Shown: piece by piece, positions 63,883 to 64,000 of the stretch
Layout of the letters: the number at the start of each line of letters is the position of its first letter
How positions within the stretch are numbered: position 1 is the first letter of the stretch
DNA from: Phoronis australis
Taxonomy: Eukaryota > Animalia > Phoronida
Assembly: GCA_002633005.1 (NCBI GenBank)
Contig: NMRA01000194.1
Coordinates: 313,074 to 377,073, forward strand
Direction of reading: 5' to 3'
DNA: 64,000 nucleotides
Translations under genes and position numbers: made by a program
Notes under the pieces: model-generated
The model's input: the letters and a program-made list of their open reading frames with translations, nothing else
Told to the model about the DNA's origin: nothing
Databases searched by the model: none

Positions 63883-64000
63883 TTAAACTTTATTTTTGTG
63901 GAGAAATTTGTCAAAACAAAATTTCACTTGTCGGCCATATTTTGTGCTCAATATCTGAAGCATTACCACTCTCTTATCGTGTGCTGTTACACAGATCTTC

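Overview
AT-rich animal genomic DNA (invertebrate-like; the taxon cannot be fixed from sequence). It carries the 5' part of one + strand spliced gene, an MGAT5/GnT-V-like N-acetylglucosaminyltransferase. Eight coding exons (30268-61293, about 305 aa, all splice phases consistent) lie in the window and the gene continues past its end. The rest is intron or upstream sequence packed with mostly non-autonomous transposons: Helentron-type HINEs with satellite-like arrays, Tc1/mariner (Tc2/pogo-like) elements, piggyBac-, hAT-, Harbinger- and Kolobok-like elements, Penelope and LINE relics, and a tRNA-derived module. The most striking structure is a pair of near-identical 4.3-kb TA-flanked elements in inverted orientation (24633-28957 and 35263-39581) bracketing the start-codon exon. 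The arms show patchy identity suggestive of gene conversion. The enclosed exon is 147 nt and would form a stop-free ORF if back-spliced into a circle. A candidate recursive splice site (AG|GTAAGA) lies at 18840. Almost all ORFs in the supplied track are spurious. All alignments and family assignments were made by eye or from recall, with no database search.
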